From contig CM060734.1 of assembly GCA_030704615.1 (NCBI GenBank), forward strand, positions 40,300,001-40,364,000: a DNA stretch of 64,000 bases, given 5' to 3'. Under the pieces are notes generated by a model that was given only the letters and a program-made list of their open reading frames with translations, searched no databases and was not told the origin of the DNA. Each line of letters begins with the position of its first letter. Within the stretch, counting starts at the first letter, position 1. A program made the translations under genes and the position numbers. The DNA comes from Takakia lepidozioides. Its lineage: Eukaryota; Plantae; Bryophyta. Below, piece after piece: positions 39,231-50,325 of the stretch.

Positions 39231-40407
39231 GTGAGGATTGTGCCTCACCCCACACAGCGTGCACGGTTAGTGCGGCATGCCCATGAGGAATTGGGGCATT
39301 TTGGAGTGCGACGCACTCACAGTTTACTGCAGGGGCAGTATTGGTGGCGTGGAATGCATACAGAGGTGCAACAGTTCGTGGCTAGGTGCATGGTGTGTGA
39401 CAGGGTGCGTGCTTCATTCAACGCCCCTACACCACAGTTGCATCATTTACCAATCATGGGGTTGGGCTACAGGTGGAGTCTTGACTTCGCATGACCGTTG
39501 CCACTGACTATGCGCCACCACAGATATGTGTTGGTGATGGTGGAGCACTTCTCCAAGTGGATTGAGTTGGTTCCATTGCTTGACAAGGCTAATGAGGGGG
39601 TTGTGTATGCATTCTTGGATCGTGTGCTTAGCCGATTCGGTGCCAGTTGAGGTACTCACGGACCAAGGGAGAGAGTTCTTGGGGGAGTTTTCAGGCTTTG
39701 TGTGATAAAGCCTTGATAGACCACCGCACCACTTCTCGGGATCATCCTGAGGCCGATGGCTTGGCAGAGAGAGTTGTTCAGACGGTGAAGAGGGGTTTGC
39801 GCAAGTATGGTTTGCAGAAGGGACACCTAGGAGATTGGGATCTTCAGGTGCCTTGGTTAGCCATGGGCTACAAGTTCAGCAAACAAGCATCACTTGCCTC
39901 CTTCTCACCATATTCCTTCTCTTTGGCCGAGAGCCGGATTTTCCTGCAGCCATTCGTAGGGACACTGCTCAAGTCCTTAACCTTGACGATCCAGAAGTGT
40001 GGGTATGTGCATGTGGTCAGCGTGCAGAGTTGTTCAAGAAAGTCATGCCCATGGCTTTTGAGAACCTTGCCATTGCACATCACCGTGATACGTTGAGGTA
40101 TGCCACTATACGTGGTGGAGGATATCGTCCTGGGGTTCGGAGGTTTAGCCCTGGTGACTATGTTTATTTGCAGCAGACTACTCCTACGACCCTGGATATT
40201 ACTGCAGGGCGTGTTATTCTGAGGGTTCGAGAGGTGTTGCCCTCAGGAGTTCTGATCTTGGAGGGTCAGGATGGCATGACTTGGAAAGACCATGTGCGTA
40301 ATTGTGCGTCATGTCACCTTCCCAATGTCGATGGCAGAGTTGACCCAAACTTGGCAGTGGTACCTGCAGGTTTGAGGTGCATGCTTTGTGGGTCCGCCAA
40401 AGGGGCA
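39231..40407 (+). pseudogene. Integrase of gypsy pol (HHCC and DDE), ending in the first half of a PHD finger
   Basis: HEELGHFG...CMVC; WSLDF; EHFSKW; LTDQG; HPEADGLAERVVQTVK; frameshifts near 39650-39680 and ~39915; ends LRCMLCGSAKGA at the CACTA junction. Confidence 0.9.
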
Positions 40408-40429
40408 CACTACAACAGATGAGCGTTTT

Positions 40430-41000
40430 TATGACTTCACATATGACTATTTTTTCAGTCTTATATGCGTTCATGACTACATCACTCTGTAGTGAAAAAA
40501 GCCTTGTCATAGCGACTAGTTTTTAGGACTGCGTTTTCCTGGGGTCCTGCTGCAGAGAGGGTTGCAGTCACAACTATATGACTAATATATGACTACATTG
40601 TCTGTTGAGCGCTGCCTACATGAAGAGGCTTCAGCGGGACACGTGGGCCACTGCGCAAGCGACACGTCATGCATTCGTCAGGGGATCATATGACTATATG
40701 TCTGCAAAGTGATGCCTACATAGAGAGGCGACGGATGGACACGTGCGCCACTGCGAATTTGACATGTCACGACTTCTTGCCATGATCATATGACTACATG
40801 TCTGCACAGTGATGCCTACATGGAGAGGCGCTAGCGGGACACGTGTGCTATGGCAGATTTCATACGTGGTGACTACATGACTCGCTCATATGATTACAGG
40901 GATGTCTATATGGAGAGTTGTTAGCGGGACACCTGTTGCACTTGAGATGTGACATGTGGCACACAGACAAAATATATGACTAGCATATATGACTACGGAT
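40430..41000. repeat. CACTA left subterminal repeats, including ~4 copies of a ~100 bp unit
   Basis: atatgacta...tgcctacat.gagaggc...gggacacgtg recurs near 40590, 40690, 40790 and 40890. Confidence 0.8.
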
Positions 41001-41553
41001 CTTTACACGTGGTGAAAATATGGATAAAGAATGTCGTGTCATATACTGCCACGTGTTCTAGTTTGAGCAAGAGTGATGCCACGTGTCATCAAGATTGTTT
41101 TCCGAAATAGTTTATATTTTTAATGTTCATATTTTATTTTTTTAGTTTTCATTTAATATTTAAAAGAACAGGGAGATTGCAGCCTTGGAAATTTTTTTAA
41201 TGGTATTATTTTTAATATTATTATTTAAAATGAAAGTGAATTAAATGATTTAAAATCTTCATTACATGGTGAAATTCCAACATGAAAACAGAATGGATCC
41301 TCCTGCATACTATCAACCACAAGGAGAATGAAAATAGTCAACTACAGGGCAATACAAGCCCTATAAATCACATTACAAAAATCCAAATGAGACCAATGTC
41401 CCAATGGACACCTCAAAAGCCACAAGGTCAAAAAATCCATGCCTCAAAAGGCCCAGCCAAAAACAAGCAAGCCCACACATGGGCTGAATTGTTGTAGCTA
41501 GTATGTTCTAGTGCTATTAGAATCAAGAACTCTGTTAAACAATACAATACTGA

Positions 41554-44500
41554 CTATCCCTTCCGCAGCTCCATAAGTTTCAGTAACTTTAGACTCCAAA
41601 GTGTTGTCTGGCCAACCACCTGCCCCAACTCGGTCTGTTTCCTAACACCATTCACATATGGTAGAGGGGTGTTACTGACACATGCCTCTTTGATGTACAC
41701 ACAAGCATAATCAAGGGGCACAGCAGGGTACCCGTAACCCACCACAGCACCTTGAAGAGCAACAATCAGCCCTACTCCACATTTCTTGCGTTTGGAGTTC
41801 ACATCCAACAGCCGAACCTCGTCACCCACCCTGAACTGTGATCCCAACTCCACACAAAAAAGAACACGATGTAAAACCCATGACATACACACGACTAGGA
41901 CACTCAACATTTGCGAATTAAAGAGAGCCCCAAGGTTGGAAAAAATAAAACAAACAAGACAACGGCCTGGACTTACTCCATTTGCAGTCTCCAGTGGTGG
42001 TGAGACCTCTTTTGGGGGGCTACTCGCCGGGTCGACACTCTTGCCCCTCGTCTGTACCGGCTTGTCGACAATATCACCTTTGTTTGTCACAAGTTCCTGT
42101 GTCACAGACCAGAGAACAACCAGGAAAGCAATGAGCAAACAGGAATAGTGAATAGAAACAAAATCCAAGTATGAATCAAACAAAAAAAGCCAATATGAAA
42201 AGCTGCAAAGAAAACCTAGTATTAATCAAGCAACCGAGGAGAAGCATCCAGGAAAGCAATGCAATGAATGAACCCACAAAATTGTAGCCTCTGGAGCACT
42301 GTCAGAATGTTTGTACCTTCACAGTAGCAGTGTTGTATGGTTGTTGTCCGAAAACAGGCTAAGACTCCAAAAACTTGGGAATACTGGCAGCTTTTGATGC
42401 CTTCCACAAGAAAGGCCACAACACCTCTGTTAGATACTCATCAGTTGGTGAATCTGGTTGCACCTTCCATGGCTCTGGAAAAATCCCACTGAAGGGAGGA
42501 TTGTTTGCCGCCTTTCTTGGTGTGTCGTCAACAAGAACATTGTCCTCATAAGTCCATTTTGGCCAGTCTGCCCACACTGTAGACAAGTTCTTGAAATATA
42601 ATGGTTTTGAATCAGACCCCTTACGGCATGGGAAGACTGGATCCTCGTCACAGTGAAGGGCATCCCACTGGAAAACCAGGTTAGTGTGGGCTGCAAAAAT
42701 ATAGTCCACCATTGGGAAGAAGTTGCGAGCTTGGCAACAAGACCACACCGCCACCTCAAAGTGTTCAAAACATTTTTGCAAAAAGTCATAACAGCGTGGT
42801 CTCAAAACTACCATCTTCTTGCCACACATCTTCCCCACAAAACCTTTGGGAAGGGATGCAGGCCCATTAGCAAAATGAAAAGATTCACATAACAGACCAT
42901 TTAAGTCCAGAATTAGTAAATGCTTCCTCGTTGGTCCAGGAAGTAAACTGACATTTGGCTTCAACATGTGAGCAGGAGAAATTAAAGCAACCTGCTTGTT
43001 TGTTTTGTCCCCGTCTGCATCTTCCTCCCCATTTAAACTCCCATATACCTGCATACTAGAATCCAGTGTGCCCGGCGGCTCTGTCACCATTGCCCCCTGG
43101 ACTGCTACTGCCTTTGTACGTGGCAAGGGCTGAATTTCCACGTGTACCTCACAGCTGGCCTTCCCTGTATCCTGCTGCTACTCGGTCAAATTCAAAAGAT
43201 CATCAGTGACAGGAAGACATAAGGGCTTAGAGTGAGCACCAGTTACCGTCTGAAATTGGGATTCCAAACATTTTGATACTGTCACAGCAGACGTATCCAT
43301 CGTAGATGTCACTGGTCCTGCGCCTGGTAGATTAATCCCCAATCTGGTCACAATGGCTTTCTGGTACTCAATCACACCTGCATCTGTAATTTTAATTCTG
43401 CCATGTCACGTCCTTGTGATTCCACCAGTTTGTCCAAGCCATCCATCCTGCCAACTACTGTAGAATATGCGAGACTTCCCTCCTGCCAATCCATGAAAAC
43501 TTGCCCAAGTATGAATCAAACCAAAAAAACCTAGCATGAACAACCATTGGAAAGAAAACCCAGGCCAAAAGCCTTGAAAAAAACCCTAGCAACCTATGAT
43601 GCAGCAACCACTCTAGCAAACGTGGAAAACACACTTACCCGCCTGTCACTCCTAGCTGACAACCGTGACACTGAACCCTCTTGAATTTCATATAATGTAG
43701 GAGGGCACCCTGATAGTGTTTCCTACAAATTAATCCATGCCACAAACAAACCCATGCCAACAAGTCAGTAAGCAATGTGAGGGCTGACTATATACACATA
43801 GCAATTCAATGAGGAACAAAATACAGAGTCGTGATGATGCCACTTACCAAGCGTGCTTCCACCATTGCCTTCCCACCACGGCCAGTCTTGGTAGGATTCT
43901 GAATTGCACCATTTGCCTTCTTCATGTTGCCCGACACTTTGTGGAACACCTCTGTCTGCCAGTAACTTACAAGCTTGTTCCATACCTCGTCAAATACAGT
44001 AATGGGTTTCCCCTTACCACCCAACCACGCAGTGTGTGCTTCATAACGCTGGCTCTTCATTATTCTGCCAATTGTTTGTTTTAGGTGGAAGTCTTTTAAC
44101 TTGTGTGGCGTATATGAAAATAGCTTAGCCAGGTGATCTCTGATTTCGTATACAACTTCATCAGGTTGGTTGTTGATGGCAAGGGAACAATCTAGCTTGC
44201 GATAAGCCTGTCCTTTAAGGGCAGCGTGCCATACATTCCGGGTCTGACCATACGGGGCTCCTTTGAGGTTCGTCAAAATCACCGTGGGAGGAAGACCTGC
44301 AGCTATTCTCTCTTCCTTCACCTTGGCAGCTTCAATTTTGGCTGAGCTATTAGCCCTCCTTAAAGCATTGGTTCTATCATTCTTTGAAACGGCACCCTCC
44401 CCTCCTTCAGAGACCTCCGTGCGCTCAGGAGAATTCAAAGCAGGATCCTGCCAAGTAGGGACTGGTGGCCATGGCTGTTGGCCAGAAGGCCGAGGACCAT

Positions 44501-45671
44501 ACTGGCCATACTGTCCATAAGCAGGAGGATATTCCGGTGGCCTGCCACCCCCATAGCTATTAGGGGGTGGCAAATATGGTGGAGGAGGATACTGGCCATA
44601 CTGCCCATATGGAGGAGCACCATATTGACCCTGACCATACTGAGTGCCAGACTGTGGGTACTGAGGCATACCATAATAAGGTGGGGGTACTGGTGGCACA
44701 GAACCCACAACGATGGGAGAGTTAGGGCCACCTCCTGCGTTCTTGTGGGCGCCATCTCCATTGCTAGCAGCAGGGATCGTGGATCCAGTGCGCTTGTGCT
44801 TGCCCTGAAAAGAAATTCCCCCAGTACAATGTGGGTGATTACACATACATATAGGCAGCAAGCAGCAAATCCTTGAATTCAATATAACAAACTGGAAGCA
44901 CATATCATTTGTAAAGACAAGATTACCCAAAACTCAGTATGATCTTGGGCAGTAAATCTCCCAAATTTGATTGGCCCCAATGATGTCCTCCCAGTACATT
45001 TTTGAGCCCTCTTAGGTATGGGGTGTTCCTGAAATCCATAGCAAGAATTCAAATGGACAAACCTGATGGGTCCATGAGAAGTATCCCTCCAAGTTTTACT
45101 GATATTCTGGGTGCATAAGTAACCCAAGTATCTCTATAAGTAGCCATTGTAGCTTAGTACCAGGACGTTGGTTTCATGGGGCAAAGAATTTGAACACACC
45201 TGAAGTCTACATTGGCCTGACATCATGCCTTTGGCACTTCAACTTGTCTAGTGGAAATCATTTGTGATTGTGCCTTGGCTGACCCCTGCATTGTCCAACT
45301 TCCCTGTCTTGACAGACATACCCTATCTCTTCGTGATTTTACCAAAAACATACATAATTTGAATCATGGTCATTGTGAAGAACTATAACTCACAGACGGA
45401 GAAGGTGTTCGTAGTGTAGATGATGGGCGTTTTTGTCCTGCGACATGAGCATGGGCATGTTCTCCTCGGCTTGCCGTGGCATCCGCCGACGACGCACTCG
45501 CCTCGCACTGGCGTGGGAGGAGTGGATCGTCCTCATCGTCCTCAGAAGAGCCCTCATGCAGAATCGTAGTCTTCATCGTCTTCAGTCTGGCACTTTGCCT
45601 TGCAGGACCTTGATCCCTAGCTTTTTCCTTCGGAGCGCGTGGCTTGCGAGGGCGATTCGCTCCCGCAAGCC
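41554..45671 (-). pseudogene. TnpA-like multi-exon CACTA gene: Ptta/Transposase_24-like region, FCP1/NIF-like HAD phosphatase, Tnp1-like C-terminal domain
   Basis: 43850-44800: VWNKLVSYWQTEVFHKVSGNMKKANG...KTGRGG. 42359-43141: LLILDLNGLL, VLRPRCYDFL..CFEHFEVAVWS, KNLSTVW, VLVDDTPRK. 41554-41850: VGDEVRLL...G.G......G...VP.DYACVYI......PLPY.......LGQVVG.TTLW. GT-AG-like junctions between blocks; in-frame TAG stops at 43178 and 42359. Confidence 0.65.
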
Positions 45672-46309
45672 TGCACAAACACCTCCATGACCTCCCTCTC
45701 AAACAATCACAAACAAATGCAAGCATACATACCCTAATACTCTTAAGCCTACGCTGAACCACAGCCGCACCCTACCAGGACGTAATGGCTGCCCACGAAT
45801 GACGGCGGACATCTCCCGCCTAATGACACACCCTCCTCAAACCTAATCGTCACTCACTGCATGTTGTTTGCCTCTCTGTTTGTACAAGTCGCAGCTACTC
45901 GCCCCCATTTGTGCTATGAAGCTTATGATCGCTGTAGGAAGGTTAGAGGATAAGGCGAATCGCAAGTTTAGTGGGTGGGTATCCAAAGTCAGGAACTAAA
46001 CTCACCCATCTATCGACTGCTTGAACGTTGCTTCCACCTCCTTTATGGCAGCAATCCGGCGCTCTCGGAACTTCTCGTACTCAGTGAGAGGGACTGTCAC
46101 TTCGAAGACCTTCCGCTTCACCATGGACACTCAGAAACGATACTTATAGTATACTATAGATATAGAAATAGCACATTGGCAGCTGGTGCAAAACTAGAGA
46201 CAATGCACTGTGCGTAGCATGCAAAGAGGGAAGGGGTGACGTTCAAAGCATGTACAGTGCAGGTGGCGACGGATGCGTAGGCGTAGAATAGATGACCGTC
46301 TATGGCGAA

Positions 46310-49300
46310 TGGAAGAAGCTTATGCCACAAGGAATGGGCATACAAAAATGCTATGCAACTGCGATGAGTGTCATGGAGGAAAAGTACTGTTGTTGGAAAC
46401 AGTGAGGAATCATTACATGATACACGGGAGGGATCCTCTTCTCCAACGCTGTTCTCTTCCGGTAAGATCGCCACTTTCCCTTCAGCACTTTAGTTTGAAT
46501 TTTGAATGCAACGATCCTCTTCTCCACATGTCGACATTTCGTTGGGTGATTGTAGTCAAGAAGTCATAAGATACAGACGTGACTATGACTACGCCACTTC
46601 CGTTATCACTTTAATTAATGCACATGTCGTGTTTTCATTGGTCATGTGTAGTCATGTAGTCATATATGACTAAGTAAGTGACTGCAACTATGACTTCAAT
46701 GGTTACAAATGTCGTGTTTTGATTGGGTGTATATTCATAAGATACATACGTAAATATGACTGCATCACTGCAACGTCACCGTGCCTCCTATGTCATAATA
46801 TGAACAAGTGTCACATCGTTGTTGGTCCACTCACAAGATGACTATTGGGATGCAGGGATGTGAATATTCAGATGATGAAGACGAAGGCCCTGCGGCACAG
46901 CGGGAGCCCAATGTCACAGAGAACGCAGATGAGAGTGGTGGATTGGAGGTAGAAATGCAGCGTGCATTGCAGGAAGCGTTTCTCTTTGCAGATGCAAACA
47001 GAGAGGACCCCATTCATGGTGGAACCGATCACACATTTGCCGATCATGACGATGATCTCGACGATTCCGGAGACAATGAATTTGATGAGAATGCTCACCT
47101 GCACGTTGATCCCGAGTATGATAAACTCTTCCGACAGTCGCAATGTCCACTTTTTGAAGGGTGCTCCATCAGCCGGCTGCAAGCAACTTTGACGTTGCTG
47201 AACGCATGCACTACCCACAAGTGCACCAATGCATTTGTGGATGAGCTTCTGGGATTGTTGCGTAAGAGTTTTTTGCCTAAAGAGAATTCATTGCCGAAAA
47301 CTCACTATGAAGCAAAAACCATGATTGCCAAGATGGGATTGCAGTACACCATGATTCATGCCTGTGAGCGTGGTTGTGTACTCTTCCGTGGGGAGTATGA
47401 GAATGTAGACATTTGCCCAGTGTGCCGCAGTTCCCGTTACATTCCAGGTCGTGGAAGTGTGCCCAAGAAAGTATTGCGACACTTCCCTGTCATTCCAAGG
47501 TTGAAACGTATGTACCGATGTAAATCGATCGCTAACCTCATGACATGGCACGACAGACATAAGAGCCAGGATGGGTTGGTTCGACATCCAGCTGATAGCA
47601 AAGCATGGAGACACATTGACACCACATTTGCGGATTTTGCTGCAGAGCCACGATCTCTGCGATTTGGATTGGCCTTAGACGGTGTAAATCCCTACGGAGC
47701 TCAATCCACAAGTTGGAGCACATGGCCCGTTCTCTTGGTCAATTACAATCTGCCTCCGTGGTTAATGACCAAAAAGTTCTTTGTCATGTTAGCGCTACTG
47801 ATTCCTGGTAAGGAGTCTGTTACCTCGGACAACGTAGATGTTTACCTGATGCCCCTAGTGGAAGAGCTACTGGAACTATGGAGAGGGATTGCAGCTCATG
47901 ATGTTTCCCGTCCTCGTGGTCAACGCGAATTCACACTGAGGGCAGTGTTGATGTGGTCAATCCATGACTACCCTGCATATGGCTTGCTCTCAGGTCAAGT
48001 GACGAAAGGTTATGCTGGTTGTCCAGCTTGTGGACCCGGGGTGACTTCACAGCAGTTACACACATGTGGAAAAATTGTTTTCCTAGGCCACCGAAGATTT
48101 TTGGCCCGCAATCATCCATATAGAAGGTCAAGAATGTTCAATGGCGCTACTGAGCATGGAACTCCTCCAAAAACGCAGACTGGAACACAAATCAAGGACC
48201 TTGCAACAGCTCGCACTGCATGGGTGGAAAACGGAGGGACGCCAGATAGCAGGACAGACCCAGCAAAAACTCATGGAGTTAAGCGATTGTCAATTTTATA
48301 TGTCTTACCTTATTGGGAGGTAATTCCTTCATGGCCTTTAAATTGGCTGTGTACATTTTTGCGTTTTCTGTTTAAATTGTGATGAGTAAATGCTCAATTG
48401 CTTATGTGTTCATTTTGTAGGGTCTCCTCATCCGCCACACGTTTGACGCAATGCATTGCGAGAAGAACTTGGCTGAAAATATTATTAAAACTATCTTTGG
48501 TGAGAAAGACACATTGAAAGTTCGCCGTGATTTGGAGCTACTTGGGATGCGCCGGAATTGTGGCTACAACGTGATCCTGACAGAGCAGATACGTTAATTA
48601 TGCCTCCTGCCCCTTATGTCCTCACTGAGGCTGAGTTACAAGTCTTTCTGGAGATTGTGCAGAACTTGAAAGTGCCAACAGGCTACGCATCAGCTTTCAA
48701 AAAGCATGTGGTGAAGAAGAAGTTGTCTGGCATGAAATCACATGACTATCATGTGCTCATGCAGCAAATTATACCGCTTGCTATCCGTGGGCTCATGCCA
48801 AGTGGTCCTCGAAGGGCATTTTGCGAGTATGTCGTGTATTTAAGAAGTTGTGTGCAAAAGTGGTGAATCCTGTAGAGTATGAGGAATTGAGAACTGAAGC
48901 AGAGTTCTCACTCTGTGTCTTATAGAGAAGGAGTTCCCACCATCATTTTTTGATGTGATGACACATCTGGTTGTTCAGGGCTACGTAAGAAACATGGCAA
49001 GGCCCGAGGGGAGCATGGCAGAAGGATACCAATTTGAAGAAGCATTGGGTTTTTGCACAGAGTATATGGCAGGATTTGATGGAAGTGTACGAAGGGTGTG
49101 GGATGCAGATGAGGCAGAAATGTGGTGGAACGTGAAGTTGTGGAGGAGGAAGTTCTAAAGCCCGAAAATTGAATGACCTGTGTGATATTGTACATGAGTA
49201 CATCATTCAGAACCATCCTCGTCTATCAGTCATGTTGGGGTAAGAAATCTACTTCATTGACATTCAGATTTCCAAGTTTTAGTCATTTATCATTAGTTGG

Positions 49301-50325
49301 CATATGGCGTCTTTTCAATCTCCCACGCCACCTCTGTCAATCTCCTGGCTGACCCTCGGATTGTGACAGGATATATGAAGCAGAGTCCACACGGATAGAA
49401 GCCAGACGACGCTTGTTTCGTGAGGAGCAAGGGCTGGAAGGCATGAGCAATCCCACGGCAATTCAGTACCCTCCTGATTTGCATCCTTGTCCTCCATTTG
49501 CTGTTTGGCTCCCTCAAGGTGTACGGGATCATCTCTCAATTCAATCAGATGGGCTTGATCCTACAACACGTGAGGAATTACTGGATCTTTCAAGGCCTCC
49601 ATCATTTACTGCCCTGTCATTCAAGAGTATGACAGCGTATGGTAACCATTACAGGGTTACATCCCCCGGCATGAACACAACAAGTATGGGTCTTTTGATT
49701 GTGGAGTCTCATTGGTTCTAGCACCAACCATTACCAACAATTCAGGCAATGACCTGGAGGAACCTACAAGATCTATGGGTCTTATAAGGGAGATTGCAAA
49801 ATTGACTATGCCAAAACCAACCTATAGTGTTTTGTGTTCGTGGGTACGGGCGAGTCGCGTGGGTCGTCCAACTATGTCAATCATGAAGCGGATGATGCTG
49901 GCTTCACACTGTCAATTTTAACAGATGATTCCATCTTCTGAGCAAACTTTGTGTTTTCCTGGCAAGGGTGATCAAGTGTTTTTTTTTTTTTTTCATGTGT
50001 GAAGGAGCCGGGGGGGTGGAAAGTCGTCCTTGAGAAGAGCCAACGAGCACGTAGAGTGGTCTGCGACATATCAATTGATAATGATGATGTGGCGGAAGTG
50101 GAAGGATTGTTAGCCCCACAAAGACTAGAGGAGACTCTGGTTACTGATGGCCCAACATGCAGCCGAGCGGTACCGGTTACTCCAGAGCAGGTGGCCTCCT
50201 TGTACCTCCGAGCACCCCATATACGTGGTGATGATGTTCAGCCAACCCTTGGACAAGATCAAGTCTGTGATGAAGACAGTGATACATGTAGTGACCCAGA
50301 CATAGATGAGGATGATGAAGATTAG
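46310..50325 (+). pseudogene. CACTA Tnp2/TnpD transposase (Transposase_21 family), frameshifted in the 3' half
   Basis: MLCNCDEC (associated domain); IHACERGCVLFR...CPVC..SRY; HPADSKAW; LALDGVNPYG..STSWSTWPV..VNYNLPPW; DVYLMPLVEEL; IHDYPAYG; FDAMHCEKN; MKSHDYHVL; RPEGSMAEGY. Confidence 0.9.
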
